From: Escherichia coli
GTDB taxonomy: Bacteria > Pseudomonadota > Gammaproteobacteria > Enterobacterales > Enterobacteriaceae
DNA length: 64,000 nt
Direction: 5' to 3' (one strand)
Assembly: GCF_003334765.1 (NCBI RefSeq)
Contig: NZ_QOWT01000009.1
The notes below the pieces were generated by a model. It saw nothing but the letters and a program-made list of their open reading frames with translations. It had not been told where the DNA came from and searched no databases. Below, one piece after another: positions 1-16,418 of this stretch. The number at the start of each line of letters is the position of its first letter. Position 1 is the first letter of the stretch. Both the position numbers and the translations under genes were made by a program.

Positions 1-1166
1 GTGTTAACCCGGTTCGTGGTCAGAACAACGTTCAGGGTGCCTGCGATATGGGCGCGCTGCCGGATACGTATCCGGGATACCAGTACGTGAAAGATCCGGC
101 TAACCGCGAGAAATTCGCCAAAGCCTGGGGCGTGGAAAGCCTGCCAGCGCATACCGGCTATCGCATCAGCGAGCTGCCGCACCGCGCAGCGCATGGCGAA
201 GTGCGTGCCGCGTACATTATGGGCGAAGATCCGCTACAAACTGACGCGGAGCTGTCGGCAGTACGTAAAGCCTTTGAAGATCTGGAACTGGTTATCGTTC
301 AGGACATCTTTATGACCAAAACCGCGTCGGCGGCGGATGTTATTTTACCGTCAACGTCGTGGGGCGAGCATGAAGGCGTGTTTACTGCGGCTGACCGTGG
401 CTTCCAGCGTTTCTTCAAGGCGGTTGAACCGAAATGGGATCTGAAAACGGACTGGCAAATCATCAGTGAAATCGCCACCCGTATGGGTTATCCGATGCAC
501 TACAACAACACCCAGGAGATCTGGGATGAGTTGCGTCATCTGTGCCCGGATTTCTACGGTGCGACTTACGAGAAAATGGGCGAACTGGGCTTCATTCAGT
601 GGCCTTGCCGCGATACTTCAGATGCCGATCAGGGGACTTCTTATCTGTTTAAAGAGAAGTTTGATACCCCGAACGGTCTGGCGCAGTTCTTCACCTGCGA
701 CTGGGTAGCGCCAATCGACAAACTCACCGACGAGTACCCGATGGTACTGTCAACGGTGCGTGAAGTTGGTCACTACTCTTGCCGTTCGATGACCGGTAAC
801 TGTGCGGCACTGGCGGCGCTGGCTGATGAACCTGGCTACGCACAAATCAATACCGAAGACGCCAAACGTCTGGGTATTGAAGATGAGGCATTGGTTTGGG
901 TGCACTCGCGTAAAGGCAAAATTATCACCCGTGCGCAGGTCAGCGATCGTCCGAACAAAGGGGCGATTTACATGACCTACCAGTGGTGGATTGGTGCCTG
1001 TAACGAGCTGGTTACTGAAAACTTAAGCCCGATTACGAAAACGCCGGAGTACAAATACTGCGCCGTTCGCGTCGAGCCGATCGCCGATCAGCGCGCCGCC
1101 GAGCAGTACGTGATTGACGAGTACAACAAGTTGAAAACTCGCCTGCGCGAAGCGGTACTGGCGTAA
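1..1166 (+). CDS. fdhF: Formate dehydrogenase H, C-terminal portion (gene starts upstream of window)
   Basis: Open frame from position 3 (VNPVRGQNNVQGACDMG...) to stop at 1164-1166; molybdopterin oxidoreductase sequence recognised as E. coli FdhF C-terminus; the Sec/UGA codon and SECIS lie outside the window. Confidence 0.9.
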   Translation, partial: VNPVRGQNNVQGACDMGALPDTYPGYQYVKDPANREKFAKAWGVESLPAHTGYRISELPHRAAHGEVRAAYIMGEDPLQTDAELSAVRKAFEDLELVIVQDIFMTKTASAADVILPSTSWGEHEGVFTAADRGFQRFFKAVEPKWDLKTDWQIISEIATRMGYPMHYNNTQEIWDELRHLCPDFYGATYEKMGELGFIQWPCRDTSDADQGTSYLFKEKFDTPNGLAQFFTCDWVAPIDKLTDEYPMVLSTVREVGHYSCRSMTGNCAALAALADEPGYAQINTEDAKRLGIEDEALVWVHSRKGKIITRAQVSDRPNKGAIYMTYQWWIGACNELVTENLSPITKTPEYKYCAVRVEPIADQRAAEQYVIDEYNKLKTRLREAVLA

Positions 1167-1180
1167 TACCGTCCTTTCTA

Positions 1181-1208
1181 CAGCCTCCTTTCGGAGGCTG
1201 TTTTTTTA
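1181..1208 (+). terminator. Rho-independent terminator after fdhF
   Basis: Hairpin cagcctcc-tttc-ggaggctg followed by T-run ttttttta. Confidence 0.7.
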
Positions 1209-1259
1209 TCCATTCGAACTCTTTATACTGGTTACTCCCTACCCAATCGTATTATCAAA

Positions 1260-1949
1260 ATGAAAAAAATTATCGCATTGATGTTGTTTTTGACATTCTT
1301 TGCCCACGCCAACGACTCCGAGCCTGGCAGCCAGTATTTAAAGGCAGCAGAGGCCGGGGACCGACGCGCACAATATTTTCTTGCCGACAGCTGGTTTAGC
1401 TCCGGCGATTTGAGCAAAGCCGAATATTGGGCACAGAAAGCCGCCGACAGCGGTGATGCTGATGCCTGCGCGCTGCTGGCGCAGATCAAAATCACCAATC
1501 CGGTCAGTCTGGACTATCCACAAGCAAAAGTTCTTGCAGAGAAAGCGGCGCAAGCGGGCAGTAAAGAAGGTGAAGTAACGCTGGCGCATATTCTGGTAAA
1601 TACTCAAGCGGGTAAACCGGATTATCCAAAGGCAATTTCGCTGTTAGAAAACGCCTCGGAAGATCTGGAGAACGACTCTGCCGTCGATGCCCAAATGCTG
1701 CTTGGTTTGATTTACGCCAACGGCGTGGGCATTAAGGCCGACGATGACAAGGCAACCTGGTATTTCAAACGCAGCTCTGCAATTTCCCGAACCGGTTATT
1801 CCGAGTACTGGGCGGGAATGATGTTCTTAAACGGTGAAGAAGGTTTTATCGAGAAGAACAAGCAAAAGGCGCTGCACTGGTTGAACCTGAGCTGTATGGA
1901 AGGGTTTGATACCGGGTGTGAAGAGTTTGAAAAATTAACCAACGGTTAA
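1260..1949 (+). CDS. yjcO: Sel1-repeat protein with N-terminal signal peptide
   Basis: 229 aa ORF; signal-like N-terminus MKKIIALMLFLTFFAHA; repeated Ala/Gly/Trp-rich Sel1-like units; position between fdhF and gltP as in K-12. Confidence 0.85.
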   Translation: MKKIIALMLFLTFFAHANDSEPGSQYLKAAEAGDRRAQYFLADSWFSSGDLSKAEYWAQKAADSGDADACALLAQIKITNPVSLDYPQAKVLAEKAAQAGSKEGEVTLAHILVNTQAGKPDYPKAISLLENASEDLENDSAVDAQMLLGLIYANGVGIKADDDKATWYFKRSSAISRTGYSEYWAGMMFLNGEEGFIEKNKQKALHWLNLSCMEGFDTGCEEFEKLTNG

Positions 1950-1950
1950 G

Positions 1951-2218
1951 ATAGGCCTGATAAGACGCGGCAAGCGTCGCATCAGGCATTGATGTCGGAT
2001 GCGGCGTAAACGCCTTATCCGACCTACAAAATCACGCTAAATCAGGCTATTGCGCTGTCTGGCGTAGGCCTGATAAGACGCGTTAAGCGTCGCATCAGGC
2101 GTTGATGTCGGATGCGGCATAAACGCCTTATCCGACCTACAAAATCACGCTAAATCAGGCTATTGCGCTGTCTGGCGTAGGCCTGATAAGACGCGGCAAG
2201 CGTCGCATCAGGCATTCA
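1951..2218. repeat. BIME/REP array: about 2.3 tandem copies of a ~113 bp unit built from REP palindromes
   Basis: Unit starting aggcctgataagacgcg..cgtcgcatcaggc recurs at 1954, 2066 and 2179; contains gccttatccgacctaca REP motifs. Confidence 0.85.
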
Positions 2219-2253
2219 CACATTGCCGGGTGGATATCCCCGGCAATCTTCAA

Positions 2254-3567
2254 TTATTGATCCGCAGTTTTATCAAATTTGCCCAGCACTTCACGCTCAT
2301 AAGCCAGCGCTTTCTTACGGTCAAATTTGTGTTCCCACTTGGCAATCACCAGCACCGCCAGCGCATTACCCACCACGTTCAGCGCAGTACGCGCCATGTC
2401 GAGGATACGGTCAACACCAGCAATAAACGCCAGACCTTCCAGCGGAATACCTACGCTACCCAGCGTTGCCAGCAACACCACAAACGACACGCCAGGCACG
2501 CCAGCAATCCCTTTCGAGGTCACCATCAGCGTCAGCACCAGAATGATTTCCTGCCAGATGGACAGGTCAATGCCATACAACTGCGCGATGAAGATAGCGG
2601 CAATACTTTGATACAGCGTCGAACCATCAAGGTTAAAAGAGTAACCGGTCGGCACCACGAAACTGGTGATCGACGCCGGTGCTCCGTAGGCTTCCATCTT
2701 CTCAATAATTCGCGGCAGCACGCTTTCAGAGCTGGCAGTGGAGTACGCCAGAATCAGCTCATCTTTCAGAATACGAATCAGGATCCAGACGCTTAACCCG
2801 CACAGGCGCGCCACAATTCCCAGCACTACCAGCGCGAAGAACAGAATGGCGAAATGCACCAGCAGCACCAGTTTCGCCAGTGGCCACAGAGACGAGAAAC
2901 CAAAGTTAGCCACCGTCACCGCAATCAGCGCAAACACACCCACCGGTGCATAACGCATCACCATGTGAGTCACTTTAAACATGGTTTCAGAGATGGAGCG
3001 GAACACGGTCACCAGCGGTTCACGATGCGTCGCGGGCAGGGAAGAAAGCCCCAGACCAAACAGCACCGAGAAAAAGATGATCGGCAGCATTTCGCCTTTC
3101 GCCATCGACGCCACAATGTTCGTCGGCACCAGCGACAAAATCGTGCCCATAATGCCGTGGGAACTGCTTTGTACCGCTTCCGTAGTGCTCTGATATTTCG
3201 AGATATCGACGGTCGCCAACTGCGACATATCCACCCCGGCACCGGGCTGGAAGACGTTCGCCAGAGTGATCCCCAAAATGATGGCGACGGTGGTGATCAC
3301 CTCGAAGTAGATAATGGTTTTCGCGCCAATACGCCCGAGCTGTTTGGCATCACCAACACCCGCGATACCCACCACCAGCGTGGAGATCACAATCGGCACA
3401 ACAATCATTTTAATCAGATGGATGAAGATATCACCCGCCGGAGAGAGCAAATTGACGACCAGCCAGTCGCGGCTGTCGCTATGGTAGTGCAGGTAGCTTC
3501 CCAGGAGAATGCCCAGCACCATAGCAAACAGAATCTGCCAGGCCAGGCTGAATTTTATATTTTTCAT
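2254..3567 (-). CDS. gltP: Glutamate/aspartate:proton symporter
   Basis: 437 aa ORF; dicarboxylate/amino acid:cation symporter sequence recognised as E. coli GltP; length matches. Confidence 0.95.
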   Translation of the reverse strand: MKNIKFSLAWQILFAMVLGILLGSYLHYHSDSRDWLVVNLLSPAGDIFIHLIKMIVVPIVISTLVVGIAGVGDAKQLGRIGAKTIIYFEVITTVAIILGITLANVFQPGAGVDMSQLATVDISKYQSTTEAVQSSSHGIMGTILSLVPTNIVASMAKGEMLPIIFFSVLFGLGLSSLPATHREPLVTVFRSISETMFKVTHMVMRYAPVGVFALIAVTVANFGFSSLWPLAKLVLLVHFAILFFALVVLGIVARLCGLSVWILIRILKDELILAYSTASSESVLPRIIEKMEAYGAPASITSFVVPTGYSFNLDGSTLYQSIAAIFIAQLYGIDLSIWQEIILVLTLMVTSKGIAGVPGVSFVVLLATLGSVGIPLEGLAFIAGVDRILDMARTALNVVGNALAVLVIAKWEHKFDRKKALAYEREVLGKFDKTADQ

Positions 3568-3908
3568 ATGAATGACTTCCTCAATGGAGCGCCGTTCCCC
3601 GTTCAGAAACGCGAGAACGTGACATACTGCCAGGGCATGAATTGTGTTGCGTTGGTTTGTAGATTTTTTTAACGCTTATGATCAGTATCATTTGCGCGGT
3701 ATGTTGCGCAACCCTTTAACAACAGAGCTTTTCGCTGCATTAATGCATAATAACGCGAGTTTATGGCAGGATTAATGAATAACCATTTGTTATGGAAAGA
3801 TTTTTATTTGTTTAATCTGCAATAATACTGATTAGTGATTATTTTTGGCATATGTTCATTCGATTATTTTTTATGCAGCTCAATGACATAATCTTCATCA
3901 CCAGATGA

Positions 3909-4505
3909 TTAATCCAATCTCCGCTGCAACAATTTCGCCATATTAATCGACTCAACCAGCTGTGTTCGGTTAACTCGCGGTGAGTTGAGATCCATCACTT
4001 TTTGCCATAGTTCGATGGCTTGCGCGTAGTTCGCCTGCATAAACGCATCGGAAGCCAGCAGCATCAGGGCGGTGATTTCATTACTGTCCAGCGCGAGGGC
4101 TTTGTCGATCATTGCGCGAGTCTGGGCGGTCATATGCTGGCTGGCCTGGTAATAAAGCACCGTCGCCAGCGCCGCATACAGTTCAGCGTTCTCACCACGT
4201 AGTTGCAACGCCTGACGGTACGCCAGCAACGAATTGCTGTAATCGTTTTGCCACAGATAGTACTCGCCCAGTAACGCCCACTGTTCGCTGTTTTGTGGAT
4301 TAGCGCGGATTTTATCCTGCAATGCCTGAAGCTGCGCTTCCGGGGTTTGCTGGCTGGCAAACTGATGTAGCGGATCGCGCTGACGCTGATACTCCGCACG
4401 TACCGCCTGCCATTTTGGGCTTAACAGATAACTGCCGACACAGAGAAATACCATCAATATCGTGAGTGTTGTCAGCATTTTCACCGGTATTTTGGGCTGT
4501 TTCAT
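3909..4505 (-). CDS. nrfG: Formate-dependent nitrite reductase complex TPR subunit NrfG
   Basis: Track ORF 3909..4571; true start taken at internal ATG (4503-4505) giving 198 aa [11 protein letters not shown]...; ATGA overlap with nrfF stop. Confidence 0.85.
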
Positions 4506-4885
4506 CGCTTCGCCCTCACTCGCCAGAGGATCAGTGCCATCAGCAGTAACAACACCACTGGCAGCGCCCATAACACCAGCGTCTGACCCGTTAACGGTGG
4601 GTTATAGCGAACAAAATCTCCGTAGCGTTCGGTCATCCAGCCAATGATTTCGACTTCGTTCTTCCCCTCCGCCACCATGCTGTAAACCTGATGGCGCATA
4701 CTGACAGCCACCGGCGCGTTGGATTCCAGTAAGTTTTGATTCTGGCACTGCGGACAACGTAACTGGCTGGCAATATTTAACGCCTGTTGCTGTTGTTGCG
4801 GATTGGCGAATTGCCAGGTGTCTACGACCTGAGCGTGCGCAAAACAGGTAAATAACAGCAGTAGCGTGAGAAGCCCTTTATTCAT
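4502..4885 (-). CDS. nrfF: Cytochrome c-type biogenesis protein NrfF (CcmH-like)
   Basis: 127 aa ORF with signal peptide and CPQC-like motif (LRCPQCQNQ). Confidence 0.9.
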
Positions 4886-6536
4886 CGCGCTTCTTCCCCC
4901 GCCATCCGCTTAACAATGCGCCCGCAATCATCAACAATCCTCCCCCCCAGATCCAGCGCACACCGCTTTGTACATACAAACGAAAAGCGTAACGATCCGG
5001 CCCAGTTTTCTCCCCCATGACCGCATACCAGTCATGGATGCCGTTCCAGCGAATTGACGGTTCCATCATTTGTTGACGGCGTGCTTCATAAAAACGCCGC
5101 TCCGGCGTCAGTTCACCAATGCGTTGCTGATGGTCAAACAGTGCCACTATCGCTTTTTCGCTGGTGTAATTGCCTTTGGCTTGTAGATCGAGGCACTCAA
5201 AACGGAAGGTGTATCCTGCCAGCGTCACCTGCTGACCCGGCTGTAAATTCAGGCTGATCTCCTGACGGCTGACGCTGGAGACCACGACCCCAGCGGCAAA
5301 TAACAGCACGCCCGCATGAGCTACCAGCGCCGGAAGCTGCACGCGTTTGCCAGAGACAAACGTCGCCAGCACAATCACCACCAGCATCAACAGACCAAAC
5401 GGTAACGTCGCGCGGTTAAAATACGGCGCGCCAACGGAGAGGCGTCCCCAGCCCAGCAGGCCGTAAATCATCGGATAAAGCGTTCCCACCAGCACGATCA
5501 GTAGCACTGCGCAAAACAGCAACAGCGTAGCGAGGATTAACATTTCCCGCGATAACCCCGAAAAATGCACCGCCGGGCCACCGTCCCGCGCTCGCCAGCC
5601 ATACAGAGCCAGAGACGCAAGGCTAATCAGTGCAAACAGGCTGAACAACGGCACGGCGCGGACGTTATCCAGCGCGAACGCATGAACCGAAACCAGAATG
5701 CCAGAACGGACAATTAAGGTGCCCAGCAGCGACAGCATCAGAGTAACTATCGCCAGCAACAGCGACCAGTGGCAAAAAATCCCCCGCTGGCGTGTCAGGG
5801 ACAAACTGTGCAGCAGCGCAGTGGCAGAAAGCCAGGGTAATAAAGAGGCGTTTTCCACCGGATCCCAGAACCACCAGCCGCCCCAGCCGAGTTCGCAGTA
5901 GGCCCACCAGGAACCGAGGATGATCCCCGCCGTTAATGCACTCCAGCCAGGTAACGCCCAGCGCCAGCAAATTCGGGCGCAGGCACCATCAAACTCGCCG
6001 CGCAGTAGACTCGCCAGCGCCACGCTCGCCGCTACCATCAAACCGCCATAGCCAAGGTAAAGCAGCGGTGGATGAAAGATAAGACCGGGATGTTGCAGCA
6101 TCGGATTGAGATCGCGGCCTTCGATTGCTGGTGGAAATATCCGCACGAAGGGATCGGACCACAGCACCACAAACAGTAGCAGTGCGGCGAGCATGAGAGA
6201 TAAAACGGCTAACGTCAGCGGAAATAGCGGATCGGTTTGCTGCCGATAATGCCAGGCAAACAGCGCGCTCCAGGCGGAAAGCAGCAGCACCCAAAGCAGC
6301 AGCGAACCTTCATGGCCGCCCCACACCGCTGCCAGCTTGAGTTCCCACGACAGCAGGCTATAGCTATGTTGCGCGACATAAATGACCGAGAAATCGCTGA
6401 TGAGAAAACAATACGTCAGTACGCCAAAGGCGAGCAGCAGGAGCGCGAACTGCGCCAGAATGCCGATGCAAGTGAGTCGCATCATGGCAGGCCAGCGCAA
6501 CCGCACTCCCGCGAAGGCCGTCAACGGGGTCAACAC
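4878..6536 (-). CDS. nrfE: Cytochrome c heme lyase subunit NrfE (CcmF-like)
   Basis: Track ORF 4878..6560 begins with TTG; 552 aa if started at the in-frame GTG at 6534-6536, which matches the remembered length; start uncertain within 6536..6560. Confidence 0.8.
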   Translation of the reverse strand: MLTPLTAFAGVRLRWPAMMRLTCIGILAQFALLLLAFGVLTYCFLISDFSVIYVAQHSYSLLSWELKLAAVWGGHEGSLLLWVLLLSAWSALFAWHYRQQTDPLFPLTLAVLSLMLAALLLFVVLWSDPFVRIFPPAIEGRDLNPMLQHPGLIFHPPLLYLGYGGLMVAASVALASLLRGEFDGACARICWRWALPGWSALTAGIILGSWWAYCELGWGGWWFWDPVENASLLPWLSATALLHSLSLTRQRGIFCHWSLLLAIVTLMLSLLGTLIVRSGILVSVHAFALDNVRAVPLFSLFALISLASLALYGWRARDGGPAVHFSGLSREMLILATLLLFCAVLLIVLVGTLYPMIYGLLGWGRLSVGAPYFNRATLPFGLLMLVVIVLATFVSGKRVQLPALVAHAGVLLFAAGVVVSSVSRQEISLNLQPGQQVTLAGYTFRFECLDLQAKGNYTSEKAIVALFDHQQRIGELTPERRFYEARRQQMMEPSIRWNGIHDWYAVMGEKTGPDRYAFRLYVQSGVRWIWGGGLLMIAGALLSGWRGKKRDE

Positions 6537-6615
6537 GTTGACCCCGAGACTTAACAACAACGCCAGAAAACCGACTTCAGGAAGGAATACGTCCAGAAAC
6601 CACCTCTTTTCTGGC

Positions 6616-7572
6616 TTACGCCACCGTCAACTGTCCGGCGTAGAGAATGAAAAAGCGCAGCATCAACACGCCGACCAGACTGGCCCCACACGCCGCCAGC
6701 ACGGCAGGAATGCCGGAACTGCGATTGACCCACGGTTTGAGCAGCATTGGCACAATCAGCCCCAGCCCGGCGACACCAAGCCAGAACCACCACGTCCAGA
6801 AACCGCCACCTAATGCCGCCACCAGCGCACGAACTTTACCGTCATCGCCCAGCGCCAGACCGACAAAAAACGCCACCAGCAGGAAGATTTCACCCCATAC
6901 CACAGGGATTTCCATACGGTGTACAAACTGCGCTTCCGTGGAATGCGGGTTACTGCGTTGGCGTATCGCCATGGCGATCAGCGCCACCGCCGCACCGGAC
7001 GAGATGCCGGAGAAGAGGAACAGCACCGGCAGGATCGGGTTATTGAGGAACGGATACGATTTCAGCGCCGACAGCAGAAAGCCGGTATAAGCCCCCAACA
7101 ACACCGCCAGCACCAGCATCAATGTTTCCAGTCCGCGATGAACGGGCGTCAGCAGGCTCAGAACCTTTTGCACGATCCCCAGCTTCGGCAACCAGCGTTG
7201 TTGCAGGGCAAGCAAATCATGTTCAAAGATTTTCGCCAGCCACAGCACCAGCACCACCATGTAGAGCTGAAACAGCATCACCCCCATCGACATCACCGAG
7301 GTAAAACTGTAGTGGAACATCAGCTTCCAGAAGGTCCACGGTCTTGTCAGGTGGAAGACGAGGATCAACAGACCGAGGATCACCGCGCCCGGCCCGACAA
7401 TCAGCGTGGTGCGCAGCAACGTACTGTCTGCACCGCCCGCCTGCGGGTAGAAGCGACGTAACAGCACGGCCAGCGTCACCAGACCAGCAGAAATACCAAT
7501 CAAAAACAGGTAGATGGCAATCGGCCAGTCCCACACCAGCGATTCAAAATGAAATGCGGAAGTCTGCGTCAT
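6616..7572 (-). CDS. nrfD: Nitrite reductase membrane subunit NrfD
   Basis: 318 aa polytopic membrane ORF; overlaps nrfC stop by 4 bp. Confidence 0.9.
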   Translation of the reverse strand: MTQTSAFHFESLVWDWPIAIYLFLIGISAGLVTLAVLLRRFYPQAGGADSTLLRTTLIVGPGAVILGLLILVFHLTRPWTFWKLMFHYSFTSVMSMGVMLFQLYMVVLVLWLAKIFEHDLLALQQRWLPKLGIVQKVLSLLTPVHRGLETLMLVLAVLLGAYTGFLLSALKSYPFLNNPILPVLFLFSGISSGAAVALIAMAIRQRSNPHSTEAQFVHRMEIPVVWGEIFLLVAFFVGLALGDDGKVRALVAALGGGFWTWWFWLGVAGLGLIVPMLLKPWVNRSSGIPAVLAACGASLVGVLMLRFFILYAGQLTVA

Positions 7573-8240
7573 TGGCTCACCTCCCCGTATTTAAACGGTA
7601 CGCGGTACAGCTTCGGTTTGGTTCCCAGCGCCAGCTTGTAGCGGTAAGTGGGCTTCTGGCGCAGCAGTTGCGAAATCTCACTGTTGGGATCGTCCAGATT
7701 GCCAAACGTCAGCGCCTTGGTCGGGCAAGCTTCAACGCACGCGGGCAACTTACCGGCCTGCAAATTGGTCTTACGGCAGAAATCGCATTTGTCCGCCGTC
7801 TTCGTGACCGGATGGATAAAGCGCACGCGGTACGGACAGGCGGCGATGCAGTACTGACAACCGACGCAGAGATCCGGATTAACATCGACAATCCCACTGG
7901 CAGCATCGCGAAAAGACGCACCGGTCGGGCAGACGTCAACGCACGGCGCATGATCGCAGTGCTGGCAAGACTTACGGAAGAAGCGATATTTCACATCAGG
8001 AAATTCGCCCTGCGGCTCGCTACGAATAATCGTCAGGCGCGAGACGCCTTCCGGCACCTTGTTCACTTCCCGACAAGCATCCATACAGGCGGTACAGCCG
8101 ATGCATAACGACTCGTCATGCACCATGCCGTAACGCACCCCATTGATATTCAACGTTTTCGCCACCACGCGCCCTGCGGTGCCGCTGACGGCTGCCAGCA
8201 CGCCGACGCCGGTGAGAAACTGGCGACGAGACCAGGTCAT
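7569..8240 (-). CDS. nrfC: Nitrite reductase 4Fe-4S ferredoxin subunit NrfC
   Basis: 223 aa ORF with Tat-like signal (SRRQFLTG) and several CxxCxxCxxxCP ferredoxin motifs. Confidence 0.9.
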
Positions 8241-8803
8241 GGCTGCTCCTTAAGCAACGGAACAGACGCCGGGTTAAAGTTCGGATTGGTGCGCTGATCG
8301 CTGTGGCAATCGACGCAAATCTTAATCCGTCCTTTGTCACTTAACGTCTGCATCGTATCTTGCTGTGGATGCAGGGAATGGCAGCTGGCGCACGCCACTT
8401 TGGTTACGTGGACATCGTGCGGCCAGAACGCTTTTTGCAACTGTTCCGGCAGATGACAGGACATACAGACGCTGTTCTGCTCTCCAACCTTGTACATCGG
8501 CTCGTTAAAGCGCATCACATCTTTCACCCCTTCGCGGTGTTGCGGTGATGGCTGGCCGTGACAGTTGGTGCAGGTGACCGGCAGTTTGTTATTCGGGTTG
8601 ATAACGGAAGCATGTTTTCCATGCATACCTTCGGTATCTGGTTTATGACAGTCCAGACAGGCGGCATCCGGGTTACGCTGCTGGGTAACTTCGTAGCGAT
8701 CATCAGATGCCTGCGCCGCAGGGGTAGCGGTAATTCCGTTCAGGCTCCACAACAGGCCCGACGCCAGCACCCCGGCAGTTAATAACGAACGTAATACGCT
8801 CAT
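8237..8803 (-). CDS. nrfB: Pentaheme cytochrome c NrfB
   Basis: Track ORF 190 aa; start taken at third codon (MSVLRSLL) for 188 aa; multiple CxxCH motifs. Confidence 0.88.
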
Positions 8804-8847
8804 ATTCACTCCATTGTGTTTTCCGCCCCTTGCGAGGCGGAACGGGG

Positions 8848-12635
<3,788 letters not shown>

Positions 12636-12669
12636 CCCACAATTGCCCGATGCGAGTCGGTAACGGTTT

Positions 12670-12746
<77 letters not shown>

Positions 12747-12834
12747 ATTCGGCAAGGGTTACCCGAGCGTTAACCTTCTCCCATAAGGGAGCGGGAATTA
12801 AAACAATCCCTACATTACCTCTGGAGAATCTGTG

Positions 12835-14795
<1,961 letters not shown>

Positions 14796-14972
14796 TCTCT
14801 CCCCTTCCCCGGTCGTCTGACCGGGGAATACTCTTCCTCTCCCAAATGCATCACCTTTTCCCATAATATTAAACAAATAAACTCATTAAAAAATGAGCGA
14901 TTTTTGACAGTCGTAGAAAATGATAATGCAGAGAATATGCCTTTTCTTTCTTGTTAATTATAAGGATATTTT

Positions 14973-16265
14973 ATGCGCTATAATGGTTTAAATAATATGT
15001 TTTTCCCTCTTTGCCTGATTAACGATAACCACTCTGTCACAAGTCCATCACATACAAAGAAAACAAAATCAGATAATTACAGCAAACATCATAAAAACAC
15101 GTTAATTGACAATAAAGCCCTCTCTCTTTTCAAAATGGATGATCATGAAAAAGTGATAGGCTTGATTCAGAAAATGAAAAGAATTTATGATAGTTTACCA
15201 TCAGGAAAAATCACGAAAGAAACGGACAGGAAAATACATAAATATTTTATAGATATAGCTTCACATGCAAATAATAAATGTGACGATAGAATTACGAGAA
15301 GAGTTTACCTTAATAAAGATAAGGAAGTGTCAATTAAGGTGGTATATTTTATAAATAATGTCACCGTCCATAATAATACTATCGAAATCCCACAGACAGT
15401 AAATGGTGGTTACGATTTTTCACACCTTAGCCTGAAAGGTATCGTGATTAAAGATGAAGATTTATCCAATTCGAATTTTGCAGGTTGCAGACTACAAAAC
15501 GCTATTTTTCAGGACTGTAATATGTATAAAACGAATTTTAATTTCGCCATAATGGAAAAAATACTTTTTGATAATTGTATTCTCGATGACTCAAATTTCG
15601 CTCAGATAAAAATGACTGACGGAACTCTAAATTCATGTTCCGCTATGCATGTTCAATTCTACAATGCAACAATGAATAGAGCCAATATTAAAAATACCTT
15701 CCTTGATTATTCAAATTTTTATATGGCATACATGGCTGAGGTAAATCTTTATAAAGTAATAGCGCCATATATTAATTTATTTAGAGCCGACCTTAGCTTC
15801 TCTAAACTTGATTTAATTAACTTTGAACATGCTGATCTGTCTCGTGTCAACCTGAATAAAGCAACCCTCCAGAATATAAACTTAATTGATAGCAAACTCT
15901 TTTTTACGCGGTTAACAAATACGTTCCTCGAAATGGTTATATGTACCGGCTCTAATATGGCTAATGTTAATTTTAATAATGCCAATTTAAGCAATTGCCA
16001 TTTCAACTGTTCTGTTTTAACAAAAGCCTGGATGTTTAATATCCGTCTCTATCGTGTTAATTTCGATGAGGCTAGCGTCCAGGGAATGGGTATTACCATT
16101 CTCCGTGGTGAGGAAAATATCTCCATTAATAGTGATATCCTGGTAACACTACAGAAATTCTTTGAAGAAGATTGTGCCACTCATACTGGCATGTCACAAA
16201 CTGAGGATAATCTTCATGCAGTCGCTATGAAGATTACTGCAGATATTATGCAAGATGCAGATTGA
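14973..16265 (+). CDS. yjcF: Pentapeptide-repeat protein of unknown function
   Basis: 430 aa ORF in a visibly AT-rich islet; C-terminal two-thirds show A(D/N)LxxxNL-type pentapeptide periodicity (ADLSRVNLNKATLQNINLIDSKLFF...). Confidence 0.8.
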   Translation: MRYNGLNNMFFPLCLINDNHSVTSPSHTKKTKSDNYSKHHKNTLIDNKALSLFKMDDHEKVIGLIQKMKRIYDSLPSGKITKETDRKIHKYFIDIASHANNKCDDRITRRVYLNKDKEVSIKVVYFINNVTVHNNTIEIPQTVNGGYDFSHLSLKGIVIKDEDLSNSNFAGCRLQNAIFQDCNMYKTNFNFAIMEKILFDNCILDDSNFAQIKMTDGTLNSCSAMHVQFYNATMNRANIKNTFLDYSNFYMAYMAEVNLYKVIAPYINLFRADLSFSKLDLINFEHADLSRVNLNKATLQNINLIDSKLFFTRLTNTFLEMVICTGSNMANVNFNNANLSNCHFNCSVLTKAWMFNIRLYRVNFDEASVQGMGITILRGEENISINSDILVTLQKFFEEDCATHTGMSQTEDNLHAVAMKITADIMQDAD

Positions 16266-16359
16266 GGTTAAGTCGAAGAACAGCCAATGAATTGACTTTA
16301 AAAGAGAGATAACTTATTTGTTTTAGAATCATGAATGTTAGCCCGAGCTAACCTGTTAA

Positions 16360-16383
16360 AGGTGCAAAAGATTGCACCTTTTT
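16360..16383. terminator. Hairpin terminator between convergent yjcF and yjcE
   Basis: ggtgcaa-aaga-ttgcacc followed by ttttt. Confidence 0.6.
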
Positions 16384-16418
16384 CAGATTACCTCGGGCCT
16401 GGTTACGTCGCTTTCGGC

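Noticed and set aside
1-1166. Selenocysteine UGA recoding and SECIS element of fdhF
   Set aside because: The Sec codon lies in the N-terminal part of fdhF, upstream of the window start; no in-frame TGA is needed to read the portion present.
1951-2218. Possible CRISPR array, given the repeated palindromic units here and at the other REP clusters
   Set aside because: Repeats are imperfect palindromes of the REP/BIME family with irregular, very short spacers, alternate orientation, and no cas genes or leader. This is classic REP architecture, not CRISPR.
2230-3672. Long His/Arg/Gln-rich ORFs on the + strand (2230..2796, 2854..3672) antisense to gltP
   Set aside because: They overlap gltP entirely on the opposite strand and have low-complexity composition typical of shadow frames in GC-rich coding DNA, with no RBS. 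The same reasoning applies to the many other antisense ORFs in the track (e.g. inside nrfE, acs, uvrA, plsB, lamB, yjbH).
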